Counted from the first letter of the whole stretch, positions 48,731-61,507 are shown. The stretch: DNA of 61,507 nucleotides, filler included, from Sphacelaria rigidula (GCA_964200075.2; 9 parts of 9 records of this genome joined end to end with filler, not necessarily neighbours in it), one strand, 5' to 3'. Notes: generated from the sequence alone by a model not told the origin. Translations and numbers: made by a program.

Positions 48731-49014
48731 CGGAATTCGGAATACTTGTTATGATGAGAGACACAACGCCTGCACGGAAACGGGGGGGCTGAGTCTGCCG
48801 GGTCATCGTTCCCACGCATATATCCGTGTAATAATCCATACAGCTGTGCGTAGTACAGCACAGAGTGCGGAACAATCTCCGCAGAATGTGGAAGCCTTGC
48901 GACTGCGGCCGGCCATTGTGTTGACAGAGCAATCGGTATATACAGCTGTCAGTGCCATGCTGTGTGATACAGATAGATGCCTAGGAGAAACAAATCAAAA
49001 GGGTGTAGTAGTGG

Positions 49015-49907
49015 CTAGGATGAATGCCCGGATATTTACTCTTCCGAATTTTGTGTTGCGGTGGTTCGATGTCCAAACTCTACCCAAACATTAAGTGAAG
49101 CTAGGTACTGTGTACTGTGTACGATCGCATTGCCCTACCCAATATCTGGGTATTGTTGAGTATGATCTCAACACTCCATACCCAAATTTCATAAGTACTG
49201 CACCCGTAACTCGGGGAGAGTATTGAGATCGTATTCAACGATAGAGAGTGTCGGAAAACGCTTTTTTAGTCATTCCAGCGTGCAAATATCTCAGGATCAG
49301 AGCGCGGAATAAAAAAAAAAACACATCAACGAACAAAAAGAGCTAAGGGTATACCACATTTGACGGAGGGGGAAATAAACTTTCGTCACCCTCTGATCTT
49401 GAGGTATTTGATTGATTGATTGCTTGATTGTCGAACTTTAACTGACCCCCCAGGGGTCCAGCCGTGGTCTCGTGATAGACGTACTGTACCCAAGAAAAAC
49501 GAAACTGAAACACGCCGTGAAAAAAGAAAGGAACAGAACGAAACAAGAGTCGAACAGAACGACATACTTCGTAGCAGACTAAGTCGTAACAAATTAAAAA
49601 AAAAACACACACACACAAGCAAAGCACAGAAAGAAATGGTCGATCTATAAATAAATAAAAAGAGGAAAAAGAGGATAGAAAAGAAAAAATGAAATAAAAT
49701 ACAATAAAAGGAAAAGGCCCAAGGGATTCAATACTTGCACTCTGAAATGACAAACAAATCGCTCTCCGAAACTTTCTAATACCCAAATATGGAGCAGAGA
49801 AACCAGTGCGATCGTACCTAACTGTAGCCAATATTTGGGTAGAGGTTGGAGATCGGACCATCGCAACACCGAATTCGGGACAGTAAATAACCGGGTATTC
49901 ACCCTAC
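49015..49907. mobile_element. Foldback element interrupted by a family T insertion
   Basis: Arms 49015-49290 and 49725-49907 are imperfect inverted repeats (tgcccggatatttactcttccgaatt / aattcgggacagtaaataaccgggta). Confidence 0.7.
49407..49720 (-). mobile_element. Family T 3' fragment
   Basis: High similarity to 28173-28490. Confidence 0.85.
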
Positions 49908-49938
49908 GCCAAACACCGTTGAAGAGTTCACTTGGCAA

Positions 49939-50100
49939 GAGTTAACGCGGTGTGGGAATGCTGATCCAAACCGTCCGTGATGATACCAAGCGGCAAGGCC
50001 AGTACCGCGTACCGGGGAGGAGATGGATGGGCTCTCGGCCCCTCGAGACCACGGACTCGTCCCGAGGAAGGCGAGGGGTTAACAGTGTGACGAAATGAGG
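49939..50100 (+). mobile_element. SINE family C 3' half
   Basis: gagttaacgcggtg...gcgtaccgggg...gaccacggactc.tcccgaggaagg matches 51935-52055. Confidence 0.75.
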
Positions 50101-50789
50101 GAAAGGAAAAAAAACAGCGTTCGCTGATTTTTACGAGCGATAAAAAAAAAAAGAGAGAGATGGAAGAGTGCTGCATCCTAACGCGTGATGGAAAAATATG
50201 AAGGCGGGTGGGCATTAAGAGCCCCCCCATTGCCTGCATTATATTATGTTTTTAGCCTTCTGATGAAGACAAAATGCATACTACAGTAAAGTAGTGTAGT
50301 TATAATAGCGCAATAAATACATCCTGCCGTATAATAATGTAGTTGGTGCTTCAGACTAGAAAAGGTATACCCTCTTCCTTATTGCACTGAAAAGGGTACT
50401 ATTTCATAGATGTACAACAACGTGCCATCGGGAAAACATCCCACAAACGAGGCAGGATGTTTAAGTGGTTTCGTCGTCATATGATCATGATTTACGTATC
50501 CTGGTTTTCAACTATGAATCCAACACCAACCCAAAGGTAAGACGTACCAAAAATCTTCGAGTAGGGATATTTGCTCAACGAGTCTGTTCCTTTCCTCGAA
50601 ATCTCCGAATATCTTGGGGGGAGAAAAAAAAAAACTCCACGCAGAAACGTGAGTGCAGATTTCGTAAGCATGTCAGGCAACAGATCAATTCAAGACCGAC
50701 CACAGATTTCTCCGAAAAATCTCGTGTCGGAATTTTCTCCCGCAATTCTGTTTTTGGTAGAGATCGGGAAAACTTGCCTCGTCAAAAAG

Positions 50790-51320
50790 AGACATTGGAC
50801 CACTTAGACCACTTCTTGCCGTTGTTTTTTCAGAGGGGGGCGGGTTTTTTTTTCAGATTTTGGAACGTTTCACACGGGTTTTGGCCCCCAAACACGGACT
50901 ATATCACCATCGTATGTCTTGGGCACTTTGCATCACCTCACCGAAAGAAGTCCAACCTACGTTTCCGATGTGCTTGGCTCTGAGGTTTCGAGAATGGCCT
51001 CAGGACAACAATCCAGCCGAGCATGAGAGAATATAGTGTCGGTAGTAAATCTTCATTGATTTCTCGATTTTTCCACATCATGCTCCCGTTTTTATTCATG
51101 TCCAGCTGGACTTTTGTTCGTAGACCATCCTTGGAACCTCGGAGCCAAGCAAAATCGGACAAAGTGAATAAGGCTCCTCTCGGTAGGGTAATGCGAAGTG
51201 TCCACGACATGTGATGACGATATTCCTCGTTCGCGGCCCAAACTCTGGACCGAATGTCCCAGAACCGAAAAAATCCGCACCCTCAAAAAACACGACCGTA
51301 AGAAACGGTCCAAGGGACTT
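50790..51320. mobile_element. Foldback element (family F1)
   Basis: Imperfect inverted arms; aggctcctctcggt...gtgt core shared with 18065-18100. Confidence 0.7.
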
Positions 51321-51549
51321 TCGTACGGTGCCCTGGACAAAATGCGCATTCGGCAGAGAGCTCGAACCAGAGCTCAAATTTCCGGCGCCGATTTGAGCAA
51401 AACTGCGTGCTGCGCACGATGGTAGCACTCCGGACTGTCATCCCTTCAATCATCTGAACCTGATGGTCTTACTCCTACCCTGATACCATCAAGCAATGAC
51501 CACCCGTGGTGATATGATGACGTACTTGCGAAGAATCCGGTGTCTCCCC

Positions 51550-51676
51550 TCTTTTTTTCTCAGAGCGTGTTTCAGTTTCGTTTTTCTTGGGTACAGTACG
51601 TCTATCACGAGACCACGGCTGGACCCCTGGGGGGTCAGTTAAAGTGCGACAATCAATCAATCAATCAATCAATCAA
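51550..51676 (+). mobile_element. Family T 3' fragment with (TCAA)n tail
   Basis: Near-identical to the reverse complement of 49407-49515. Confidence 0.85.
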
Positions 51677-51771
51677 CAGTAGCATGTCGGGAATACGAGT
51701 GTTCAGGAACAACGTATATGTGAACCCGGGTGCACCCAACTCAAACTTTTTTTCGTGTACAACCTTTGCCA

Positions 51772-52080
51772 CCGCACCCCCGGTGGTGTAATGGCCCGAC
51801 CGTCGCCATTAGGGTGGAGAGAACGGGGGTTCGATTGCCGATGCGTTGGGTTTTCTCTTCGTAATGTATGACTTCCACCGTGGAAAGCGTGAGCACGTGA
51901 GTAAACAAAGTAGTCGACTGGCTTTGTGTAACGTGAGTTAACGCGGTGCGGGAGTGCTGACCCAATCCGCGAGACTAAAGTGTAAGGCGCGTACCGGGGG
52001 AGAGATGGGCTCATCCCTTGTGACCACGGACTCATCCCGAGGAAGGGGAGGGGTTCAAAGTGGGAGGAAAGAAAAAAAAA
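51772..52080 (+). mobile_element. tRNA-derived SINE (family C), full length
   Basis: A box TGGTGTAATGG at ~51784 and B box GGTTCGATTGCC at ~51828; 3' half repeated at 49939, 34060 and 29400. Confidence 0.75.
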
Positions 52081-53089
52081 ATGGGATAATAGCAAAACAC
52101 GTGCGGCCGGTCATTTCCGCATGACCACCAGGAACCGCGGTCACTTGCGTGCCGGTGCACTGTACAGTACAGCGTCATTGCTGCATTTTTGTAAGTGAAG
52201 CACACAAAGGCGAGCAGCAGAGATCCTTCAAGATCATTCACATTTCAACTAATAACGCGCCTGCCGTGCTTCAGGCAGGAAAACTCTCTCGACACTTGAG
52301 GGGGTTGTCTTGCGAGGAGATAAGTCTTGCTCTGAGTAAACAGATCGGCTATGTGATGCAAGTCACTTGTACTCTGGCGTGCTGAACCGTACAATATTGT
52401 ATGTGAAGCCCACACAGGACGGGCGCACACAGTGGAGAGAGGTCGCGACCGAAATTCACTACGCCGAAATAACGCTAACCCTAACCCTGAGGCGGGTTCT
52501 TATCGAAGAGGATTTTTTCCTTTGTTCAAAGTCCCCTCTTGAAATGGGATAGCCCCCACAACGACCAGCTTCGCGAGCCTTATCGAGAAGCAGTTTTATA
52601 CCGATCGAAGCCCAGATCTGCACACAGGTTCAGAAACGCGGCGGTTCTAGAAGTGGTCGTTAGTCCAGCAGCTCTATACAGTACAGAGAAGACTCAACAT
52701 CGCAACACGACACGTGCATACCCAGCCCCGAAGAAACACGCACAAACACCCACCACCCGCCATTAGTTCCAGCGGTAGTCCTTGCTAACCTACACACGGC
52801 AGCCTTTGTTTGACGAATACCGGTTCTGTACTGGAGGAATAGCGCCCGCGTGCGTGTCAAATTACAGTCGAAAACTGTCGCGGCTGACCGTTTGTGCGCG
52901 TGTCCCATGCGTGCGACTCTCACAAATCATTGCTTCGAAGTATTTCTCGTCGAATTCTGAGGGGAAAATTTGAGCGCGGTCACGCACAACATGCTCAGAT
53001 GATGAGCAACTACGACTCGAGCGTGTGCGTTTTTTTGTAATTTGTGGAGGCACCAAGCTCGTCAGGTTCAGCTCTGATTGTGTTGGCTT

Positions 53090-53290
53090 GTGTGGCACGC
53101 CTTTGCATGTCCCGGTATCAGCGGGACATGTATCTTCCCCTTCGAGGTGTCCGGAAATCCCATTTTCAAAAGGGGATTCTTGGGCACGTGTTCCGGGGGG
53201 CGTGGTATCGCAGCGACCAATCAGCAGTCGTTTCTGGAAGACGGGATTCCGAAAAAAGAGGAAATCACCTTCGTTGAGTAAGAAGGGCCC
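53090..53290 (+). repeat. Dispersed repeat (copy of 41074-41285)
   Basis: Colinear similarity over ~200 bp. Confidence 0.85.
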
Positions 53291-53649
53291 TAGCTCCAAC
53301 ACAAGGCCTACCAAGAACCCTCTTGCCAGGGATGCTTTAGGCAAGTGTGCGTTGGCACACCGGTGCCGCCGATTTGGGCAAAGAACGCGTTTACATGCAG
53401 GCTTGTGTGTGTTTGCCTTGCTTGATTGATCGATTGGTTGTCCCACTTTAACCCTCAGGCAGCGAGGGTAGGTCATCTATGTTGAATAGGCATCAATTTT
53501 ACTTGAAAAAAGTATGCATGATTCACCCGTGGTCACACGATGAACGTAGCCGAGATAGGCACAAAATGGCAACACTTGCTCAAGAAAAGTGAAGGAAGTG
53601 GAAAGGCGCGACAGGCAGGCAGAGTAGATTAAGACCATTTTTTGTGGAA

Positions 53650-54086
53650 CCAATCTGTGTACAAATATGAGGATTTCAGCCCGTCCGTCCACGGGCGATT
53701 TTCTGCCGTTGATTGATCTTTCGGACCCCAGTCGGTTGGGGGCAAATGTTTTTCGGCTAGCTGTGAGAAAACCAGATCAACTCTCCGATTCTCTGGACGT
53801 TGACTTTTGGTATATCACCTTCCTGCTCGAATTGGGGCAATCTTGAATCTCCCCCGATTCGAGGTGCAGATCGGAGGAGATTCGGGATTGTCCCGATTTG
53901 AGCAGAAAGGTGATATACCAAAAGTCAAAGCCCAGAAAATCGGAGAGTTGGTCTGGTTTTCTCACAGCTAACCGAACAACATTTGCCCCCAACGGACTGG
54001 GGTTCGAAAAATCAATCCACAGCAGAAAATCGCCTGTAGACGGACGGGCTAAAATCTTCAAATATATTTGTACAACTTCAGATTGG
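53650..54086. mobile_element. ~435-bp foldback (palindromic) element
   Basis: Two ~205-nt inverted arms (e.g. gctgtgagaaaaccaga / tctggttttctcacagc; ttgacttttggtatatcacctt / aaggtgatataccaaaagtcaa) around a short loop near 53862. Confidence 0.9.
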
Positions 54087-54460
54087 GGCGTGTCCTGCGA
54101 GTAGCACTTTTGTTTCCGATCGAAAAAATGGGGCGGTGGAATCGATTTGAGCGAAAAGTTGTATCGTTTTGATGCAGTTGGGCCCGGATGGATTTTCAAG
54201 CTTTCGGTCGACAAAAGACAGTGAGATTCGTGGAACAGTACATGGTGACTCGTGTACAGTACAGACAGTCTGCACTGTCTGCACTGCTTGCAAGCAGTGT
54301 CTTGAGTACGTGTGTGCGTATTTCGTACAGGAGGGTATAAAAGTGAAGCGGGCAACGTGCAGTGCAGACAGCCCAGGACTAAAAGATTTCTCTGCTTACA
54401 GAACGACCTGAAGAGGACTTCAGCAACGTGAAGCGTTGTACTGCCTGCACTGTCCATGAG

Positions 54461-54612
54461 CGCCGGTCGGCCCTTTGGCTCAGTTGGTAACCTCGGGACC
54501 TTATGACGGTTGGGTCGTGGGTTCAATTCTCGGAGCGATGTGGGATTTTTTTATTACACCATGCCCAACAGTGGAGAGCGACTTCGTCGTGGGTACACAA
54601 AATTCCACGGTT
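54461..54612 (+). mobile_element. tRNA-derived SINE (family B) 5' part
   Basis: tggctcagttggtaacctcg...gggtcgtgggttcaattctc...catgcccaacagtggagagcgac, as at 15204. Confidence 0.8.
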
Positions 54613-54663
54613 AGGACGAATCATCACGACTGAAAAATCACCAAATCCACGATTTCTTCGGAC

Positions 54664-54763
54664 NNNNNNNNNNNNNNNNNNNNNNNNNNNNNNNNNNNNN
54701 NNNNNNNTTAATTAATTAANNNNNNNNNNNNNNNNNNNNNNNNNNNNNNNNNNNNNNNNNNNN
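54664..54763. other. Artificial contig linker
   Basis: Same 100-nt spacer. Confidence 0.99.
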
Positions 54764-55143
54764 CCCGAAGCCTACTGATTATTCTGCATTTAGATGACAA
54801 CCTACAATGAGTTGCTTTATTTTTTGGCATGGCCTCATTCAGAGACAGCCACGGCTTACACACTGCCTCATGGGTGTCTCACCATTTAAACACTACGTTG
54901 CATGGTCATCCCCATTGTGCGGACTTGAGGTTCTCCCACGAGGCACACCACGATCTACCTCAACTACCATGATGGTCACCGTAAAAAAAAATAAGCGCGC
55001 AAGAAAAAACGTAACCTGGTTGCCTAGCTCACGCAGTGAGTGGCGTGTTTTATAGCGTCATCGCCAACCGACGCCAACCTCATCGGGGGTCCGCCCCTAC
55101 AAAGCCGGGACGGAGCACGCCGGGTTCTCGCCGGACCAGGCTG
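54764..55143 (-). mobile_element. Family A element (54764-55079) plus adjacent fragment of a second copy (55095-55143)
   Basis: Matches 190-498 and 59-108 respectively. Confidence 0.85.
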
Positions 55144-55239
55144 GCGAGGGGGGGGGTTATCGTGGCGCAAGTTCCCTCATAATCGCGAAACTGATGAGCT
55201 TAGCAGGCAGACTTGTTCGGTCAACGGAGTCGTCTGGAC

Positions 55240-55528
55240 TAGAGTCTATAGAACTCTGTCACTCAAGATCAGACAGCTATATGGACCCCTCCCATCATGG
55301 GCACGTAGAATTCAGCCGCCTCAGCTATTCATAGTACAGGGGAACAGGACCATAGCTTCCCTCCACAGGAGTGAAGCCAATCCCAAACCTCGTGGCGATA
55401 AAGCACCCACGAGTTTACCAATCAGACCCGCAGACCCGCGATCCATCAACCAGCGGTAAACGCCTGCAGCGGATTGCTCCGCTACATAATATCCCCAACC
55501 TAGGTAACAATGGTGGCTAGAGTCTACA
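55240..55528 (-). repeat. 3' LTR (outer boundary approximate)
   Basis: ctctgtcactcaagatcagacagctat...ggctagagtctaca shared with 59476-59773. Confidence 0.85.
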
Positions 55529-57620
55529 TCACCCCCCAATGACCTTTTACTACCTACAAGTAGTCACACTAGAGCTTGACAAACTCAGGCATCATTGTTG
55601 CCTGGTAATACCGTCGTTTTCCGCATAGAATAGCGATGTATCCCTGCCGTTTTTTCCGATAACAGCTACATACAAGCTTGCCTCATTTCCGAACAACTCG
55701 CAAGAGATCCAAGAATCGTTCATCATGAACAAGCAATCACGCTACTTGCACTACTCCGAGTTACATAAGCGATAGCTAGCGCCAAATTCTCAAATCCTTG
55801 ACCAAAACAAGCCTCTTGACTCCACATCGGCAAAGAAAACCGGTAATGTCAGCGAACGTCAAATCTCCAAGCACTCGTGATTAATTGTCTCCATCATCCG
55901 AGACAAGGTACTTTCCTAAATATAAATGCACTCTTTGTACGTTCAACACCTGCGCAACGGAGTGCAACAGCCACATGGTACACCATCCTCAAGCTAGCAT
56001 GAAATACGTTTCCAAGACGTCTAAAACGCACCTGGTCTCTTGCTCGTTCGGTTCCGTGAACACGTATGCACCGCACGCCTCTCCGTGGTGAAAGCTTCAA
56101 AGCTTCATCTCGCCAGTCAATTCATCAAGACACTCAAAGGAAGTCTATGACACAAACCGCTATTCAAGTCATGCATACCAACCCAACAAAGGCGAACGGA
56201 CCTCGACCTCCGCCGTCATTGATCACTCGTAGTGATATCTTCTCGAACTCCAGTTATCGAGCACCCCCACAAAACTCTCAGATATATCTCACCTGAATTC
56301 TGGACAGTCACATCCCATCCGGGTATCAACCGAAAGGTAGAGATAATAAGTTTCTCAGCACTCTTGCAGCCCATCTGGACCACCTCTTTGGAAACAATGG
56401 GCACACCACCCACATGCTCCTTCTGACAGAAGCGGAAAACAATCTCTAAACACGTGAAAATCCATACCAACACGTCCCACGATCAAAGATCATTGATGCA
56501 TGCGCGCATAAATTCTCCATCTTCAAGCACTGGAAACACTCACGTTATACCTGCTCACTTACGGCGAGCCCACGCATTTTGTCGCATCAGCTCATTTCAC
56601 GCCAACAGTCGCGATTGCCATGTCCCACCGTCTGTGCGTGCAAACCACACAAAACTAACTCCACTGTGTTCCTGCGCGAACAAGATGGTACGGGCTTCAC
56701 CTGATCCAACATACGGCAGTGTATTGAAAAACTATTTCACTCTCACTCTTCACCAGACACCATGCACATCAGCGACATACGAGCGAAAGATCCACGCATG
56801 CATGCCACTTTTTTTTTAAACCATGTATCGCGCGTGCTAACCAGAGCAGCACAACACAAAAATACTGAACATCTGCGTGTACGCCGGCATTTCTCCTAGC
56901 AAACGCAATACGATCACACTCGCTCTGCCGTCATGATTCACGCGTGAGCAGCAGCACAAACATGAGCTGAAACCGCACCACAAAAACCTACAATCATCCA
57001 CGAAGCGATTCGGGAATACCAATCATACCGTGGTTCCTCCTTCTCAACAAGCACTCCATCACACAAGCACTTGCTCCTCAACATAATCCAACCGGGCGCT
57101 CACCACAACATCGAGCACCTCAGGTCACGCCTTCCTTGTAGCCCTCCAGTCCGCTCCTTAGAAACAGCAGTGCTCGAATGCCAACCTTGTGCACACTGTG
57201 AAGCGGCATTTTCCCGCTAACACTCGCGTCTTGCCCCATCGGTCCAGCTACACCTGGCACCCCCATTGTGCCACTCAGCGCGCCACCACACGTGATATTC
57301 ACACCGTCAAACCATTGCCACAAGTCTTCTGCCCCCACAGATACTTGGACATTGACGACCGCTCGTTCTTCAGTCCGTTTTACTCAGGGAGAGAGAGGCG
57401 ACGCGGGGACAGCCATACCGTCCCGCACAGCAACACCTTTCGGTGGCATCACACCATCCTCCTTGAGCACCTGACCGTACAGCGGCAGAGCCACCTCAAT
57501 CAACGTCGCCAAACACGCCAAACCTGTCCATGCAAACAGCAGTGCATACGACCACCCCAACACCACGCAACACTCTACGTTGCCGTAGGAATTGTGATCG
57601 CTAATAGCATCACAAGCCTG

Positions 57621-58620
57621 AAGCTCGCTCTGCCTACTCGCTCCACGCGGGTCACACGCCCCCGCTGCTTTAATCATGCAAGGCGTGTCAACAGCTACGC
57701 GCTGCTCCGGCGGCAATTCCGCCAACCCGGCATTTATCTCTCCTTCCAGCAGACACCCTTGCGAATGATCAGAACGATCTCCCGTCACATCGTCGGCGCA
57801 GATAGAGTCGCCATGGGCATGGCGAGCCCCAAGCTCGCTCTGCTCGTTCGCATTACACGAGTAACACCCCCGTGCAGCTTCGAGCAAGCAAGGCGTGTCC
57901 TCAGCTACACGCTGCTTCGGCGGCAACTCCGCCAACCTGACATCCACCTCTCCTTCAAGCAGACACCCCTGCGAATCATCTGAATGATCTCCCGCTATAT
58001 CACTGGCGCAGATAGATTCGCCATGAGCATGGCGAGCCCTAATCTTGCTTTGCTCGCTCGCACTACGCGAATAACGCACCCCAGCAGCTTCGCCCTTTTC
58101 AACAGCGGTCCAGCGGCTGCCAAATCAGCACCGACTACTGTACTCTCACAGTTCGTGCTGCCCTGTGTGTCCCTTCCGACAGACACATGCTGTGTCACCT
58201 TCGCGCCCTTGAAAGTGGCACCGCGTTATGGCTTCAGCCGCGGGCAAGCTCCAACTACTGCACTCTAAGCAGCCGCACTGTCGTGCCTGCGACCTCGGAC
58301 AGGCGTATGCTGCGTAGCCTTCTTGCCCGTCAAAGTACAGGCAGCTGCCTCGCGTTGTTGCTTCAGGCCGGGGCGAGCTCGAACTACTGTACTCTCAGCA
58401 GACGAACTATTGTGCCTGCCCGAGGGAACAGGTACATGCTGTGTCATCTTCGCTAGCTTAAAGGTGCAGGCAGCTATCCCGCATTGTTGCCTCAAACGTG
58501 CGGATGCTCGAACCGCTGTCCTATTCACGGACGCACGATCGTGCCTGTCCACTCCGACATTCACATGCTGTGTGACCATTTCGACCTTCACATTACCGTG
58601 CATCACACTTGACAATGCAT
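57621..58620. repeat. Internal tandem duplications in the copia coding region
   Basis: 210-bp units starting at 57621, 57831 and 58041 (partial); 120/129/129-bp periods starting at 58134, 58254, 58383 and 58512. Confidence 0.85.
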
Positions 58621-59461
58621 AAGACGCTCACTTGCGCAACGCAACAAGTAATGTCTCGTGCCCAACATCGTGAGCATGGTTCACAAACGTGTCACATGAA
58701 CAGCGTTCAATATGCCGAGGCATGAAGTCAGAAACCGCAGGCTCTTCGAGAACGTTCCGGCCTGCCTGACGTGCACTCGCTGCGCGCACTTCACGAATGT
58801 AGTCCTCAAACTGCCGCAAAAGCTGGGCAGCTTTCTCACTCGAAACCTTGCGCCCCTAGTATGGCATATCCAGAAATATTACACGGACAGTGCGACCATC
58901 GATGACAAGAAAGTGTTGCAGCGCACGGACAACATGGCCATCCACTGCGACATATTGCTGCACCTCGTATATTATGGTCAGCAATACAGCAGTCCACACA
59001 GCTTTTTCGAAAAAAACTAGGTTACCTCCCAATCACAGGAGCAGCAACTCTTCCCTCACACCACGGCGCGCTGTGCCACCATACGACGACGATCACAGAG
59101 CCTGTTCCTCACGCGGTTCTCACCACATCTTGAAGTCCTCAGGCTCCTCTTCCCGACCGCAGCTGTCCAAAGCTTGGACTAGACCACTCGCGATCTTGCT
59201 TACTCCAGCGCCAGAGAACAGCAATGACGCCGCTTTCTTGGCACGCTTGCGGGCTCGCCAGCTGTTGATCCACCCCCCCGCGCCTTGCGCACGAGCGATA
59301 CAATAGCCCGTCCTAGCACTACCTCAGAACCTCCTTGGCCCTGCTCCTCCAGCCCCTCTTGACGTAGACACGCCTCAAGCTGGTCTTGTTTGCTGTGAAC
59401 TGATCAGGCCTGCTGAGTTCCCTGTCTCGATGTACCAGCTGCTTTCAGCGGACCTCATAAA

Positions 59462-59773
59462 TGTTTACTACAGGCCTCTGTCACTCAAGATCAGACAGCT
59501 ATGTGGACCCTTCCCATCATGGGCACAGAGACATCAGACGCTCTAGTTATTCATGTGTTAAACCTCACTTGTTCATAGTACAGGAGAACAGGAGCATAGT
59601 CTCCCTCCAACGGAGTAAAACCAACCCCCAAACTTCATGGTGATGAAACACTCACAGAGCCACCAATCAGACGCGCAGCCCCGCGATCCATCAACCAGCG
59701 GAAAATGCCTGCAGCGGATTTCTCCCCTACACATTATCTCCAACCTAGGTAACAATGGCGGCTAGAGTCTACA
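59462..59773 (-). repeat. 5' LTR (TG...CA, 312 bp)
   Basis: Minus strand starts TGTAGACTCTAG and ends TAAACA; homologous to 55254-55528. Confidence 0.85.
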
Positions 59774-61429
59774 AGTCGGAATGCCGGCGGCGTGCGAGAG
59801 TCTCCGAGTATACGAATACTCAGGGAAAGATGTAGGCTGGCCCGTGTGTGGCACCGCACTCCAATAGTTTCCTACACGCCAGTGCAGCATCACAAACTGA
59901 CTATCGTAGCGTACCGTCTACTGTGAAGTGGCACCTCAGACTTCATCTAGCTGCCCTGAATCTCCATAATGCGGCATTCTTCGTGTGGTCAGAGAGCTAT
60001 TCGAGCTCATCCGAGAGAAGCTCGCTACTTGGATCTCGAACTATTCTCAGTTCATCTTTAATCCCACATAAACCAATGTTTCGGATCCGTGGTGGCTGTG
60101 TGCGTGGAGATGCGGGAATTGCACCAGCATGTCGTGAAGAAAAACGCACAAGGGAAGTGATTCCAGAAGCAAGGGAAGAATAGTGCTAGGAACGAAGCAC
60201 GAGTATTTGACACGACAGAATATCCGACGAAACTCAATCCAACCCAAACCCGTGGTAAGATAACTGCTAACCAAAAACGCTATTTGCGATTCCATGTCTT
60301 CACTGCGAGGAAGTGTCATGAATCATGTAAGGAGAGAGAACACGTTGCGTACATTGCAACAAGCGTACTTCCATGCGCAGGATATACATATCTCCACCCC
60401 CAACATGCTCAGTTTCCAATCAACGATTCCAAAAACAGTAGGGTTGGGTACGTCGATCGAGCTCACAACACGCGCACCTGATCTTCAAGCAGTAAGTGCA
60501 GTACAGGATAAGGGGATCGATTGGTGTAGTTCGACACGTCATCCGGCGCGCTGTCGGCGAAGCAGTAGTCCGGGTGGAAGGTCGCCAGCTGATTCAAAAC
60601 ATGTATTTAGGGGTGCGTTTCCGATTTTTCCGACGTATTTGATTTTCGCACAGCGTGTGAAAGGAATGGATGTAGCGAGCGGGTACAACAAAAGAAACGC
60701 GACAAGAGGAGGGGCAAGGGGGGGAAGGTAACAGGAGAGAGTTTCAACTTTGGTCAACGCACGAGCGTGCTCGCTAGATGTTGCTCTACGTTTGCAACCA
60801 GCCCTCCTACTATAAGGAATCCAAGGCCGCCAACTCGCGTGGTCTTGGATGGTGGCGAACGGGTGCTTAGACAACACCAAGAGTCGCCGACAGCATAAAG
60901 TGGTGTGTGGTTCGTCAACCATGCAGATCACTTTAGAACCCGATATCTACACTTATCAAAGCTCTGTGCACCCACTTATCCAACCGTGGGGGCTCGTATG
61001 AATTCCCGCATGCTCAACAGACGAAACCCACAGTCCGCCAAACCACCCTAGGAGGCGCGCGCGCGCCCGCGGGGGGGGGGATGGTATATGAAATGAAAAC
61101 TTAATGAACAGTTCAGTACGCAAGGTTTCGGTACTTCGTCACACAGACACGTCATCTTCTCGCACGAGCAATACTCCACCGTGACTTGACTAACCCCTCC
61201 TCCACGAGACTGTTATTCGAACCATGATTTGGTCTACTACTCTCGTACCCAACGCCAAGGCTCTGTTGAAAGGGGAGGGGGGAGTTATAGCTACTTATAC
61301 CGTTGATTTATTTCCCCCATATCGCAATCGTATCATGTAAATGGCGGAAACCAAACTGCGCATTGAAGTAGACGCGTATCAAATGTCCATATAGATGCCG
61401 CCCTCGTTGGAACTTCGCCCCCCCCCCCT

Positions 61430-61507
61430 TGTTGGAAGAACCTCAACTCCGCACAATGAGGATGATCGTACCACGTAGTGTTTAAATGGTGAGACACCCA
61501 TGAGGCA
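61430..61507 (+). mobile_element. Family A fragment, 5'-truncated, preceded by a C-run; cut by window end
   Basis: cccccccccttgttggaagaacctcaactccgc...tggtgagacacccatgaggca matches the family A body. Confidence 0.8.

Larger units (their letters stand above)
55240..59773 (-). mobile_element. Decayed Ty1/copia LTR retrotransposon
   Basis: Direct-repeat LTRs at both ends; PBS-like TTATGAGGTCC after the 5' LTR; PPT ATTGGGGGGTGA before the 3' LTR; integrase-like FVDDCRFLW at ~56985-57005; shorter than a full element and with many stops. Confidence 0.8.

Noticed and set aside
6747..54763. Regular ~6845-bp periodicity and TTAATTAATTAA motif
   Set aside because: Assembly artefact: size-sorted contigs joined by a synthetic linker; ORFs ending in X...LIN are spurious.
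1..61507. A multi-gene system linking the UBR ligase, SUMO-like protein and ArgJ
   Set aside because: They lie on different, arbitrarily concatenated contigs, so their proximity carries no biological information.

Overview
This window is not continuous DNA. It is nine unrelated contigs of 6744-6746 bp, in decreasing length order, joined by artificial 100-nt linkers (44 N + TTAATTAATTAA + 44 N). No neighbourhood inference can cross a linker. The content is repeat-rich eukaryotic nuclear DNA with kb-sized spliceosomal introns. It is most likely from a stramenopile such as a brown alga; this is an inference from gene and repeat style and was not verified. Three host gene fragments are recognisable: two exons of a UBR-box N-recognin E3 ligase, exons of an ArgJ-like ornithine acetyltransferase (one with a GC donor), and four 3' exons of a Rad60/Esc2/NIP45-like SUMO-like-domain protein. 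The rest is mostly mobile DNA: a decayed RTE-like LINE and a ~500-bp non-autonomous partner sharing its 3' end, (TCAA)n- and (TAA)n-tailed non-LTR fragments, two tRNA-headed SINE families, a Ty1/copia element with both LTRs, a probable decayed KDZ/Zisupton-type transposon, Tc1/mariner- and piggyBac-like MITEs, and many long foldback elements. One foldback interrupts a degenerate 28S rRNA copy. The most unusual pattern is that the RTE-like LINE and its partner end in poly(C), not poly(A), and often have a C-run on their 5' side too, suggesting retrotransposition targeted to C homopolymers. All calls come from reading the sequence by eye; no searches were run.
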